A stretch of 64,000 nucleotides of DNA from Candidatus Omnitrophota bacterium (GCA_050250375.1 JBFWOS010000001.1:544351-608350), one strand, 5' to 3'; counted from the stretch's first letter, positions 48,967 to 59,074 are shown. A program made the numbers and translations. The notes: generated by a model not told the origin, from the sequence alone.

Positions 48967-49919
48967 AAAATATTCAGGATTTGATCAATTAGTCTTTTTA
49001 AACCTTTATTCTCAAGGGCTGAAACAGACAAAATTTCACAGGAATACTTTTTCTTAAATCGCTTAAGATTCTGCTCCGCTTCGGGAAGATCCATTTTATT
49101 GGCGACGATCAATTTTGTTTTAAAAGGCAAACGGCCGCCATATTCTCTGAGTTCATGTTCGATCTTCTCATAATCATCAAGCGGATCTCGCTGGTCTATT
49201 CCCGCCATATCAATCAAATGAATCAGGATCTTTGTCCGTTCAGCATGCCGTAAAAACCGGTCGCCTAAACCTTTTCCTTTGTGCGCGCCTTCAATGATGC
49301 CCGGCAGATCTGCGACAACAAAATCGAGCGTATCTGTCTGAACAATCCCTAATATAGGTTTTTTGGTGGTAAAAGGATAATTGGCTATTTTAGACTTAAC
49401 TTTGGATATATTAGAAATAAGAGTGGATTTGCCGGCATTGGGAAAACCGACGATACCGACATCGGCAATCAGCTTAAGTTCAAAACCAATGGTGCGTTCT
49501 TCCCCTAATTTTGGAGGAGTAGGAATCTTTTTCTTCGCGTTTCCGATCCCACCCATGCCGCCACGGGCAACAATGACAGACTGTTGGTCCTCTGTTAAAT
49601 CTTTTATTAATAGATCATTGTCTAAATCACGGACAATAGTCCCTATCGGCACTCTAAGGATGCTGTCCGCACCGGTCTTCCCGGTTTTACCTTTACTGCT
49701 GGCATTTCCGCCTTTCGCAGCCTGATAATGCTGTTTGTACTTAAAGTCGAGAAGGGTCTGAATGCTTTTATCCGCACGCAAAACGATATCGCCCCCTTTA
49801 CCGCCGTCACCTCCATCGGGCCGCGGATGCCGCATGTGTTTGTCTCGATAAAAGCTTTCACACCCGTTTCCGCCGTCCCCCCCTTTAACAAATATTCTTG
49901 CCTCATCAACAAATATCAT
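48939..49919 (-). CDS. obg: GTPase Obg
   Basis: 326 aa; Gly-rich Obg fold then G domain GFPNAGKST. Confidence 0.95.
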   Translation of the reverse strand: MIFVDEARIFVKGGDGGNGCESFYRDKHMRHPRPDGGDGGKGGDIVLRADKSIQTLLDFKYKQHYQAAKGGNASSKGKTGKTGADSILRVPIGTIVRDLDNDLLIKDLTEDQQSVIVARGGMGGIGNAKKKIPTPPKLGEERTIGFELKLIADVGIVGFPNAGKSTLISNISKVKSKIANYPFTTKKPILGIVQTDTLDFVVADLPGIIEGAHKGKGLGDRFLRHAERTKILIHLIDMAGIDQRDPLDDYEKIEHELREYGGRLPFKTKLIVANKMDLPEAEQNLKRFKKKYSCEILSVSALENKGLKRLIDQILNILCCENSQDQ

Positions 49920-49930
49920 GAATGCCCGAC

Positions 49931-50242
49931 TTAAGCCGAAATCTGGGTAATACTTAGAGAGGTCAGTTTCTGCCGATGACCAATCTTAGACGCTGAATTT
50001 TTTCGAATTCGATATTTAAACGCAACGACTTTGTCATCTGATAAATGCCTTAGAATTTTGGCTTTGACTTTTACGTCTTTCAAAAACGGTTGCCCGATTC
50101 TGACGTCGGAATCTTTTGCAAAAACCAACACCTTATCAAGAATCACTTCCTTGCCTTCACTCTCAGAAAATTTATCTGCGCTGATAACATCCCCTTCAGA
50201 AACTTTAAATTGTGCCGACCCTATTTGTACGACCGCAAACAT
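49931..50242 (-). CDS. rplU: 50S ribosomal protein L21
   Basis: 103 aa; MFAVVQIGSAQFKV. Confidence 0.95.
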   Translation of the reverse strand: MFAVVQIGSAQFKVSEGDVISADKFSESEGKEVILDKVLVFAKDSDVRIGQPFLKDVKVKAKILRHLSDDKVVAFKYRIRKNSASKIGHRQKLTSLSITQISA

Positions 50243-50269
50243 CTCTACCTCCTGTCAAATATAGTTAGT

Positions 50270-50312
50270 GCTAATAAAGTAAAATACTCCCCAGTTTATC
50301 GTTACTGAGGAG
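50270..50312 (-). terminator. Probable intrinsic terminator after rng
   Basis: 9-bp stem ACTCCCCAGT/ACTGAGGAG followed by interrupted U-run on minus strand. Confidence 0.45.
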
Positions 50313-50363
50313 CATATAATTTAATTCAATTTGCAAATTATTGCAACAATAATCTTTAGACAC

Positions 50364-51734
50364 CTAAGACGCAAATTTTACACGGCCGCGGCCATCGCAA
50401 TATGGACACTTCTTAAATGAAATGGACTCTATTGTCTTCCCTGTCCTGGCCCTGGTCATTTCGACTAACCCTAACGGGGATATCTTATAAACCTCCGTTT
50501 TTGCGTGGTCATGCGCCAAGGCTTTCTGCAAGGCATCAATAAGCTTTCGCTTATGATCTTCCTTGACCATGTCTATAAAATCGATAACAATAATCCCTCC
50601 CAAATCCCTCAGGCGTAACTGCCTGGCGATTTCCGGGATTACTTCCATGTTGACCATAAATGCGGCTTCTCCTGGTGAGGCTTTAGTCTTAAACTTACCG
50701 CTGTTTACATCAACAACAATTAACCCTTCGGTCGGTTCAATAACAATATATGCTCCGGATTTGACATAGACATTCGTATCATATATTTTATTGAGTTCTT
50801 TTGATACATTCTTAGCGTCAAATAGAGGAACCGTTCCTTTATAGCATTGAATTTTATCGACCATTTCGCGTCCGATTAAGGTCTGGACGAACTTTCTTAT
50901 CCGTTGATAATGATCCTCATCATCAATAATCAGCTTATCCACATTTTCCGTTAGATAATCCCGCACAATCTTCCAGGTAAGCTCCCCTTCCTCATAAATG
51001 AGTGCGGGCGCTTTCCCCTCTTCAGATTTCTTGAAAATCTTCTGCCAAATACTATATAAAAACTTGGCATCACGAATGAGTTCACGTTTCCCCTGCTTTT
51101 TCGAAGCGGTCCGAATAATAAAACCACCTGATTTGGCAAAACCAAACCCCTTGATTACTTCACGTAGGCGTTGGCGTTCTTCACTTTCATCAATCTTCTT
51201 GGAGACACCGGTTTGATAATCAAATGGCATGTAGACCACAAAACGGCCGGGTAAGGTTATGTGGGTTGTTAGCCGGGCGCCCTTTTCACCAAAGGGTTCT
51301 TTGACAACCTGGACCAGGATCTCCTGACCAACCTTCAAGGGGAGTTCCTTTGATTTTTGATGAAATCTAGCCGCAGGCTTGATTGTTTTTACCGTCTGAA
51401 TGGACTTTTTCGGACGACGGAGGATTTTTTCAATCAAATTACGTGGTTCTAATTCTTGACCTTCATCAATACGCGGGCTGACAACATCCGTCAGATACAA
51501 AAAGCCGTTCCGCTCCTGACCAATGTTAACAAATGCTGCGTTTATCGATGGAAGTATTGACTCTACTTTACCTTTATAAATATTACCCAGGAGTGATTGA
51601 TACCGGTCGACTTCAATATGAAAGTCGTCGACATGGCCGTTCTCTATAATTGCAACTAGTCGCTCGCCCCTTTGTGTCTGAATAAGTATTTCTCGCGACA
51701 ACGTTTGACCTGAAACCCTTTCTTCATGAAACAC
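50364..51734 (-). CDS. rng: Ribonuclease G (RNase E/G family)
   Basis: 456 aa; S1 domain, DNase-I-like core, Zn-link CPYCDGRG. Confidence 0.9.
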   Translation of the reverse strand: MFHEERVSGQTLSREILIQTQRGERLVAIIENGHVDDFHIEVDRYQSLLGNIYKGKVESILPSINAAFVNIGQERNGFLYLTDVVSPRIDEGQELEPRNLIEKILRRPKKSIQTVKTIKPAARFHQKSKELPLKVGQEILVQVVKEPFGEKGARLTTHITLPGRFVVYMPFDYQTGVSKKIDESEERQRLREVIKGFGFAKSGGFIIRTASKKQGKRELIRDAKFLYSIWQKIFKKSEEGKAPALIYEEGELTWKIVRDYLTENVDKLIIDDEDHYQRIRKFVQTLIGREMVDKIQCYKGTVPLFDAKNVSKELNKIYDTNVYVKSGAYIVIEPTEGLIVVDVNSGKFKTKASPGEAAFMVNMEVIPEIARQLRLRDLGGIIVIDFIDMVKEDHKRKLIDALQKALAHDHAKTEVYKISPLGLVEMTRARTGKTIESISFKKCPYCDGRGRVKFAS

Positions 51735-51812
51735 ACTTTCAATCGTTCCAAATGTGACTGAATGCAGTTCTTCCTCATGATATAAAATTGGTTGACCTCA
51801 CCCACCTGAAAA

Positions 51813-53171
51813 TTATTTTGAAGCTATATCAGGAGTAATAATATGAGGTGTAATAAATATGACTAAATCTGTTTTTGTGACACTGGACTCAGTTTTTGTA
51901 AATACCAACCCTAAAATTGGGACATCCCCTAGAATAGGCGTCTTTTTCTTTGTTTCAGTCGTCTGATCTGTAATAAGACCGGCGATGACCAACGTATCCC
52001 CGTCCTTGACCATTACCCGTGTTTTCGTTGATTCATTACTCAACCGCGGCAAGGTCGTGTTCTCAACGGTAACAAAATCAAGAATCGCCGTAATCTTTGG
52101 CAAGACATCCAATGTTATATATCCTGCATTATTCACATGCGGGGTAACATCAAATATGATACCAATATCTTTGTATTCCCAACCGGATACCTGAAGTCTA
52201 GCCTGCTCTTCATTATAAGTGTACGTAGGAATTGGATATTGGCTTCCCACCACAATTTGAGCGGCTTGATTGTCCAAGGTCACAATTCTCGGATTCTGTA
52301 ATATATCAGTATCGCTGCGAGATTTCAAGAGTTCAAATACAGCTTGAACTTGGCTGAAATTTAACGTCCCATATGTGAATTCTGTGTTAGCATTACCTTC
52401 CGTTGTGTCTGGGCCAGGATATGGATCGGTGGCAAATCGGCTTGCTGATCCATTGCTGTCAAACGGCCAGGTAATCGGTCTTTGTGAACCCGATGCCGTG
52501 GCTTGTGTTAACCAATCAACACCCAAATTCTCCGTATCTGTGAAGTTTGTCTCCACAATTTTCGCCTCTATCAACACCTGTGGTGTTGTCCGATCAAGCT
52601 CTTTAATGACTCCAGACATTAATTCAATCTGTTGCGGGGTATCTGTAATAATAATAGTATTAGTCCGTTCATCAAAATTGATACTTCCGCGGTCAGATTT
52701 CATTTTTTCAATGGATTCAATAATTTCAGAAGCTCTACCGAAGTTTAATATATGGGTTTTTGTTTCCAAAGGAATCTGCTCAGACAGGACCATCTGATCT
52801 TCCCTTCGCTGTTTTAGATTTTCGACAGTCGTAACAACAACAATATTCCCTTTTTGTTCGTATGCATACCCATACGTTTGAACAATTACATCCAACGCCT
52901 GTTTCCAGGGCACTTCGTTCAATTGGATCGTTACCACCCCCTGAACTTCCGGGCTGGCTACGATGTTGACCCCGCTTTTGAATGACAGGATCTTAAAAAC
53001 ATTGCGGATATCAGCATCACGAAAATCGAAGCTCACATTTCCGCTTTCTGACATGGAAACAGAATCTGCTGCAATATTCTGCGTCTTACCATCCACACTC
53101 TTGGTTTGTGCGTACCCAATAGTGGTCAGAAACAGGACGGCCGCCACGGTTAATGTTAATTTTCTGAACAT
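51813..53171 (-). CDS. pilQ: Type IV pilus secretin PilQ
   Basis: 452 aa; signal peptide; N-terminal secretin_N-like domains; C-terminal secretin motif LVIAGLI...TPILGDVPILGLVF. Confidence 0.9.
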   Translation of the reverse strand: MFRKLTLTVAAVLFLTTIGYAQTKSVDGKTQNIAADSVSMSESGNVSFDFRDADIRNVFKILSFKSGVNIVASPEVQGVVTIQLNEVPWKQALDVIVQTYGYAYEQKGNIVVVTTVENLKQRREDQMVLSEQIPLETKTHILNFGRASEIIESIEKMKSDRGSINFDERTNTIIITDTPQQIELMSGVIKELDRTTPQVLIEAKIVETNFTDTENLGVDWLTQATASGSQRPITWPFDSNGSASRFATDPYPGPDTTEGNANTEFTYGTLNFSQVQAVFELLKSRSDTDILQNPRIVTLDNQAAQIVVGSQYPIPTYTYNEEQARLQVSGWEYKDIGIIFDVTPHVNNAGYITLDVLPKITAILDFVTVENTTLPRLSNESTKTRVMVKDGDTLVIAGLITDQTTETKKKTPILGDVPILGLVFTKTESSVTKTDLVIFITPHIITPDIASK

Positions 53172-53172
53172 T

Positions 53173-53577
53173 TTATTCCTCCTTTTTAAGCTTTAGCTTG
53201 AATACCTGCTGGTCTTTTTGTAATAATACCCAATCATCCGTAATTTCCGTTATGATAAATTGGCCTATTTTGTCATCTACTTTGACGATCTTTCCGTTTA
53301 TCATCGCAATATTCCCGGCCGCTCCGGACATAATTCCCTGCAATGACAAATCTGAAACCATTAAATCTGCTTCATAATTATTGATGGTTCCGCTTGAACT
53401 GATGAGTTTCCAGAATGGATCCCTCCGTCCGTTATCGTTATATTTATACTCTGCGGACTCTTCAGCCGCATCAGAGATAACACACGCGCCCAATATGCTT
53501 ACGATTAATACAGCCGCCAATTTGTGTTGAATCTTGATTCGATGCATATTAATTCGCCTTTTCATAAACAATGGCAC
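53173..53577 (-). CDS. pilP: Pilus assembly lipoprotein PilP
   Basis: Lipobox LGAC; conserved RDPF motif; start may be a later ATG. Confidence 0.7.
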   Translation of the reverse strand: MPLFMKRRINMHRIKIQHKLAAVLIVSILGACVISDAAEESAEYKYNDNGRRDPFWKLISSSGTINNYEADLMVSDLSLQGIMSGAAGNIAMINGKIVKVDDKIGQFIITEITDDWVLLQKDQQVFKLKLKKEE

Positions 53578-54148
53578 CCAATGTTAATTTAATCGAATGT
53601 TCTTTCGTATTAGTGGATGATGCAATTGTCAACTTCGTCACTTTCAAAAAGATCTCTCCACGTTCAATAACGTCGATGAACCGTCCCAGATTGTGGTAAC
53701 CTGCCCTGGCCTCAATCTCAATCGGAAGCGCGTAATAAACCCTGTCATTATTCTCGAGTACGATTTCCGAATCAATAACGTTTGGCATAATTTGATTTAT
53801 CTTCACTCCATTGTCGTTTGCCAACCTGGATACATGCTCAAGAATTAATGGCACTTCTTCTCTAGGCTCAACCTTTTCGTTTTCCTTTTTAATAACGCCT
53901 TCAAGACGAGCAACCTCCTTCTGATATTGATCCAATTTCATTATTTCTCCCTTAGCTTTATCAATATCAACGGCTAATATCTTTAATTCAGGATTAATTT
54001 TCGTTAACGTGGCCAATTGCGGACGCATGAGAACAAAATAATCCAGAAGAAACACCAGCAACAACACTCCACCGAAAATATAATACAGCGTCTTGTCATC
54101 CAGTTTCTCAAATTTTTCGTTAAACTTTTCTTTTAAATCATTTTTCAT
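53549..54148 (-). CDS. pilO: Pilus assembly protein PilO
   Basis: Start trimmed to MKNDLKEK...; single TM then coiled-coil and PilO fold. Confidence 0.75.
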   Translation of the reverse strand: MKNDLKEKFNEKFEKLDDKTLYYIFGGVLLLVFLLDYFVLMRPQLATLTKINPELKILAVDIDKAKGEIMKLDQYQKEVARLEGVIKKENEKVEPREEVPLILEHVSRLANDNGVKINQIMPNVIDSEIVLENNDRVYYALPIEIEARAGYHNLGRFIDVIERGEIFLKVTKLTIASSTNTKEHSIKLTLGAIVYEKAN

Positions 54149-54743
54149 TTTTAATCTTACCCTTGATCTTTGTCGTAATAAGAAAATCCGCCACATCCAT
54201 TTTATTCTCTGTCCGACGCTGGATAGAACCCAACTCCAATTCCGTCAGGTGCTCAAGAAATTGGGGTTGTTTCTTTAAATTAGATGTAAGTTTATGAACA
54301 TTGATCAGTTCGTCTTGATGATTGGAAATGGCGCTGCCTTCGATAAACAACATTTCTTCTGTCAAAGCAATTTTAGTCAACCACACCCCTCTAGGCAAAT
54401 CATCACTAATAATATTAAGCTTCGGGGCCCAGAGAATGACTTTTCCGCCTGTAACTTCGGTGAGGGCTTTGCTTTTACTATTTATTGCACGCATATCGTT
54501 AACGATTTTATCCACTTGTTGTTTCTTGGGTAAAATTAACGCCCATTCCTGTTTCAATTCTTTATGTTTATTTAATTTCGAAATATTTGTCACCAGTAAT
54601 ACAATATGAACAATAATCAACAACGCAAACAACCCTCCGCACGAACCGATTACGACTTCAATGGGCATATCTATTCCACCGGGAAGAAATTTCTTCTTCT
54701 TTCTTCTCCTCAATTCAGGTGAGATTAAGTTAATTTCGATCAT
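54138..54743 (-). CDS. pilN: Pilus assembly protein PilN
   Basis: Begins MIEINLISPELRR, a PilN INLLP-type motif; single TM. Confidence 0.8.
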   Translation of the reverse strand: MIEINLISPELRRRKKKKFLPGGIDMPIEVVIGSCGGLFALLIIVHIVLLVTNISKLNKHKELKQEWALILPKKQQVDKIVNDMRAINSKSKALTEVTGGKVILWAPKLNIISDDLPRGVWLTKIALTEEMLFIEGSAISNHQDELINVHKLTSNLKKQPQFLEHLTELELGSIQRRTENKMDVADFLITTKIKGKIKNEK

Positions 54744-55782
54744 ATTGATAAAGTGCCAAACCTAAGGCGACACCAAGCCTGTTGGATTTCTTATTCAGCT
54801 CTTCTTTTGAAACTTTTTCCGAAACTACCACCATTTCAAACGGATTCCAGCGTTTGATTTCTATGTCCAGCTGTTTGGCAATGCTGTCTTCCAAACCGAT
54901 CATCATGGCTGCCCCGCCGGTCAAAATCAATTCGGATATTTCGTTACTATTCTCTGTCGAGAAATAATCCAACGACAACCTCAGCTCTTGAATCAAATTT
55001 GAAATAGCCGATTCGCACGCGTTCTGAATTTCCTTGAGGCGTTCCCCCGGATTACATTTAAGTTGTTCGGCTTCCTCATAGTCAACCGCCAATGCGTTGG
55101 CTATCCTTTTAGTCAAATCACGTCCTCCGACATAAATGTCTCGATTAAATTGTGGAGTTTGCCCGACCATCACTGTAAGGTTGCTGACAGAGTCTCCCAT
55201 ATCCAATATGGCAACAACTTTACCGTCCGACGATGAATCCAAGACGCTCCTGGCATTGGCTATAGCGATCGGATTTATTCCAATAAAATCCGTTTCAAAA
55301 CCCAGTCCGGTGATCATTTTCAAACGCATCTCAACCAATTCTTTTTTTGCGGCCGCTGCCATAACTTTCATCTGCTTTGACTTGCCCAGGGGATCCAAGA
55401 TATAACAATCCGTATAAATCTGATCTTGTGTAAAAGGAAAATATTTGTCCGCTTCAATCGAGAATGAATTTCTTAAATCATCAAGAGACATGCGCGGCAT
55501 ATCTATAAAACGGATCAAGGTTCCCTTACCGTACACGGAGGTATAAATATTCTCAACCGGCATGCTCACCTGATTTAAAATTGTCTTCACAGTGGTTGTG
55601 TAATCCCCACCAACAATGGGTTGAACCGCCCAATTAAGGATTTTATAAGAATCCCCTTCTCGGTAAACTTCAACCATTTTGCAGGAATTAATTCCTATAT
55701 CTAATCCGACTGAGGAACCCTCTTTTTTCTTAGGAATAAAACGTTTGATAAATTTGAAATAATTTTGTAATAATTTGTTCAT
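54730..55782 (-). CDS. pilM: Pilus assembly protein PilM (actin-like ATPase fold)
   Basis: 350 aa; GLDIGINSCKMVEV start typical of PilM/FtsA-like. Confidence 0.85.
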   Translation of the reverse strand: MNKLLQNYFKFIKRFIPKKKEGSSVGLDIGINSCKMVEVYREGDSYKILNWAVQPIVGGDYTTTVKTILNQVSMPVENIYTSVYGKGTLIRFIDMPRMSLDDLRNSFSIEADKYFPFTQDQIYTDCYILDPLGKSKQMKVMAAAAKKELVEMRLKMITGLGFETDFIGINPIAIANARSVLDSSSDGKVVAILDMGDSVSNLTVMVGQTPQFNRDIYVGGRDLTKRIANALAVDYEEAEQLKCNPGERLKEIQNACESAISNLIQELRLSLDYFSTENSNEISELILTGGAAMMIGLEDSIAKQLDIEIKRWNPFEMVVVSEKVSKEELNKKSNRLGVALGLALYQYDRN

Positions 55783-55919
55783 AGGTATAGCCAGCTTTAT
55801 CGGATTTTTTCACAAACTCATTCAGCCGTAGATGCGAAAATCAAATAGGTGAAATACAGAGGAGTTTAAGTAAGTCTAAGCATTGCAATAAATTATAATT
55901 ATTCAACTTAACATATATA

Positions 55920-56243
55920 CTATTGTACTAAATTAACATCATCAAGAGGAATTTCATAAATTATTTTTTGCCGTTTTTTCTTGGGCGTTGCGCTCAATTC
56001 ATTATCCGGTTCGGACATCAATTCGCTGGTATCCAAGAAAGTTGACTGGTCATTGGTTTGGGAACTGGTACGTAGCGCGTTATTCAAACGCATTTTCTGG
56101 GTTGTAGGATTGGCTGGCGTAGTGATCTTCTTTGTCTCTTCAATCTCGTATGATACCCAACTATTGGCCATGAATATTGCACATAATATGACGACTACAA
56201 CGATCAAAAGAGTATTTGACATATTGTTAGTTCTTGCGGCCAT
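55920..56243 (-). CDS. Small single-TM hypothetical protein, translationally coupled (TAATG) to the PilX-N protein
   Basis: 107 aa; N-terminal TM LLIVVVVILCAIFMA, then polar unstructured region. Confidence 0.45.
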   Translation of the reverse strand: MAARTNNMSNTLLIVVVVILCAIFMANSWVSYEIEETKKITTPANPTTQKMRLNNALRTSSQTNDQSTFLDTSELMSEPDNELSATPKKKRQKIIYEIPLDDVNLVQ

Positions 56244-57946
56244 TATGAATCTCCTTCTTGCCAGATCATTTTGTCGGTGATGTCATTGGTGAAGGCAATA
56301 AAAGTATTTAACGATGGAAAATATGGCGGGGCATTTCCCACAGCCATTCGTTCATCATACACAAAATTACGTCCGTATCCTGCTGTTTGTGTGCCCGTTG
56401 CACCATTAAACTGGCCGAAAGCCCCATAAAAGTCAGAAATGACACCTCCCAGCAATGTTGCTACTCCGCGCCCGCCCACTCCCGAGTCATTATAATTATC
56501 GACCTGGAATATACCGGCCTTAGCAAGAATCGTTCCGTGAACATTTACATCATTCGGCGCCGAAGTGCCGATACGCACGTTTCCGTTCCAGGAAACCAAC
56601 CCTAACAGGTTCCCCGCGTTCGAAGGAACACTGGGAGCAACATAACCGGCTTGTCCCGGCGTACCTACGGCAGAATTATAATTTTGATACTGAAGATGAT
56701 TGCTGATAACAATATCGTTGTTACTGGATATCGTTACAGCGGTATCACCATGAACTGTACCGCTCAAATTATTGATATCCCCGTTTACATAAATAACGGT
56801 CCCAACCCCATCCACTCCGTCCGGAACCCCGCCATATACAGTCGTTCCGACACTGACATGTTCGACCGTTGTCTGATTGGTTGACCTGTTGACTGTAATT
56901 ATTTTCTGGGAACCTCCCTGAACAATATTGTATACGGCATTATTGCTCCCGTCGACGGATAAGGTGACATTGCTGTTTCCTTCAACGTAGATGCCTCCGG
57001 TTAGACTCGTCCCATTATTGGAAATATAAATTCCGTTCCCCGAGATACTGGCACTTCCCAGCGCCTGGTCAACAAGATCCTGTTGTTGACTGGCTGATGA
57101 TAAAGAAATCGCACTTGCGCTTCGGTTAAATCCCGAATTAAACGTCGGGACATCTATACTTCCGTTGGATGCGGCATCCAGAAGAATCGGGGAACCACCG
57201 TTATAAAAACGAGCCAGTTGCTCCACCTGATCAACTCTTCCGTCAAAAATACCGCTGGGATTTAACGCGATATTGTACCTTCCGTTGGTATGCAGCGGCC
57301 CGGCAAAATTCGTCTTATCGGTAAACCAGACGTTGGTTCCGTTAGGCAAAGTTTGTTGATTGGTAAAAAGGGCATATTTGGCAAAATTATCCCGTTGGAC
57401 TCGCACAGTAAAGTCTCCCGACAAAACAACATCTTTATTTGTACCTTGGGATGTTCCGGTCGAAACAATCCGATAGTTATAAGGGAAATCCCAGGAATCT
57501 GCCGTGACTATTATCGGATTCGTTTTTTCGGAAATTGAAACATCATATTGATAAGTCCCGTTGCCTAAAGCTGAGGATTGTATGTATCTGGCATTTATCC
57601 CATTTAATGTTAAGGCCGGCACCCCTCCGTTCTTGACATAATTGATCAAGAAACCGATTCCATCGTTATTGGCGACATAGGTTGTCGTCTGAGCAACCAG
57701 GGTTGATGGATTCGTTGCGTTAACTGTATTAAGCATATAACTATTGATTAATGTATCCAACCCGTCTAAAGCGGCCTTCGATCCACCTTCAGCGATATAA
57801 AATGACTTAGCCAAATCCAATTCTCTTTGAGCAACCCTGCTTTCATAAATTGTCCGAAGAATAAAGACACTACTCAATCCCAACAGAACGACAACAACAA
57901 ACAACGCAATGATAAGTGCCACCCCTCTTTCATTATTTATTTTCAT
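56243..57946 (-). CDS. PilX N-terminal domain protein with long N/G/S/T-rich beta-helix-like region (putative pilus tip/adhesin)
   Basis: 567 aa; N-terminus MKINNERGVALIIALFVVVVLLGL resembles PilX_N; repetitive xGxNxVxS segments. Confidence 0.6.
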   Translation of the reverse strand: MKINNERGVALIIALFVVVVLLGLSSVFILRTIYESRVAQRELDLAKSFYIAEGGSKAALDGLDTLINSYMLNTVNATNPSTLVAQTTTYVANNDGIGFLINYVKNGGVPALTLNGINARYIQSSALGNGTYQYDVSISEKTNPIIVTADSWDFPYNYRIVSTGTSQGTNKDVVLSGDFTVRVQRDNFAKYALFTNQQTLPNGTNVWFTDKTNFAGPLHTNGRYNIALNPSGIFDGRVDQVEQLARFYNGGSPILLDAASNGSIDVPTFNSGFNRSASAISLSSASQQQDLVDQALGSASISGNGIYISNNGTSLTGGIYVEGNSNVTLSVDGSNNAVYNIVQGGSQKIITVNRSTNQTTVEHVSVGTTVYGGVPDGVDGVGTVIYVNGDINNLSGTVHGDTAVTISSNNDIVISNHLQYQNYNSAVGTPGQAGYVAPSVPSNAGNLLGLVSWNGNVRIGTSAPNDVNVHGTILAKAGIFQVDNYNDSGVGGRGVATLLGGVISDFYGAFGQFNGATGTQTAGYGRNFVYDERMAVGNAPPYFPSLNTFIAFTNDITDKMIWQEGDS

Positions 57947-57951
57947 CGGAT

Positions 57952-58632
57952 TTACCCCCTATTCCTTAGATACACAACCATACTATTCGTCATTGTCATA
58001 GTTCTATTCTTCATCGAAGTTCCCAACGCGGTTACTGTGATTGTCACCTCATTCTGGTCCACACTCATAGCCGCCTGAAAATCGGAAATCTTTTGAGCGA
58101 ATATATCCGTCCGCACCAGGGCATTCGCCGCGTTGCGGACCCGCCGCTCGAGTTGATTATTATTATTTATGGCATATTCAAGGTAACTGTATTCCACTGT
58201 CGAGCAATCATCATCGGCATCCATACAGGTTGAATCCGTGCACCCCCAAGTCAATGGAGCTCCCCAATTCGCCACATCCCCATTGTTATCAATAATTGTT
58301 TGTCCTGCTTCACAAATAACCGGCATAAAAAATTGAATTACATCCGAACTATTAACCCCGGCATTATCATTAATTGTCACCTGCATCACTCCTGCGCCGT
58401 TAGACCCCGACTCTCTCAACTCTTTAGAAATTTTTTCCAGCGTTAACCTTAAATTTTCCTGCAACTCAATCTGTAAGGCGGTGTTGGCCCAGCTGTTTTG
58501 ACCTGCTGCCATAGACATATACACTCCACCCATCATGGCTGTAAGGATCGCAACCGCAACCATAAGCTCCACAAGGCTGAATCCCCTGTTGACTTTAATC
58601 TTCAAATTTATTAATTTTTTATTATTGGTCAT
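57952..58632 (-). CDS. Type IV minor pilin (prepilin-type N-terminal cleavage/methylation domain)
   Basis: 226 aa; NRG|FSLVELMVAVAIL class III signal, E at +5. Confidence 0.8.
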   Translation of the reverse strand: MTNNKKLINLKIKVNRGFSLVELMVAVAILTAMMGGVYMSMAAGQNSWANTALQIELQENLRLTLEKISKELRESGSNGAGVMQVTINDNAGVNSSDVIQFFMPVICEAGQTIIDNNGDVANWGAPLTWGCTDSTCMDADDDCSTVEYSYLEYAINNNNQLERRVRNAANALVRTDIFAQKISDFQAAMSVDQNEVTITVTALGTSMKNRTMTMTNSMVVYLRNRG

Positions 58633-59074
58633 ATCTATAAGTCACCAACTGAACAGTTGAGTCGATTATGCCGTTGCCATTTGTATCCTCGCCGGCATCA
58701 AGACTGCCATCCAAATCGGTGTCTTCTCCAATAAGCAATCCATTTTTCTGTCTCCAACAAAACGAAACAGTTATCTGGACAAGATCAGGGTTTGTATTAT
58801 TAACATAAGAAACACCGGCACCGTTAATAGCCGGTTCAAAAAAGGAAACATTGTTGAAATTCGCCATCAATTGAGTAAAATCTGAATTACTGATTTGTTC
58901 CATACGGGTTTTCGCGGCTCTAGTAGCCATTGATTTGTTCCGGGACATTTCATTCAACTCCAGACATTTTGTGTAGGTTACCAATATACCAACGAAGGCG
59001 AGTATCATGACAACGGCCGCTACCATTACTTCTGCCAAAGCAAATCCCTCATTTCCTTTAAGTTTCAATTTCAT
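58622..59074 (-). CDS. Type IV minor pilin with EF-hand-like Ca-binding loops
   Basis: 150 aa; NEG|FALAEVMVAAVV; DTDLDGSLDAGE and DTNGNGIIDS loops. Confidence 0.8.
   Translation of the reverse strand: MKLKLKGNEGFALAEVMVAAVVMILAFVGILVTYTKCLELNEMSRNKSMATRAAKTRMEQISNSDFTQLMANFNNVSFFEPAINGAGVSYVNNTNPDLVQITVSFCWRQKNGLLIGEDTDLDGSLDAGEDTNGNGIIDSTVQLVTYRYDQ

Noticed and set aside
50330-50363. Two copies of the palindrome TTGCAA separated by 5 nt just downstream of rng stop
   Set aside because: Short and AT-rich. Could arise by chance in low-GC DNA; no associated gene start.
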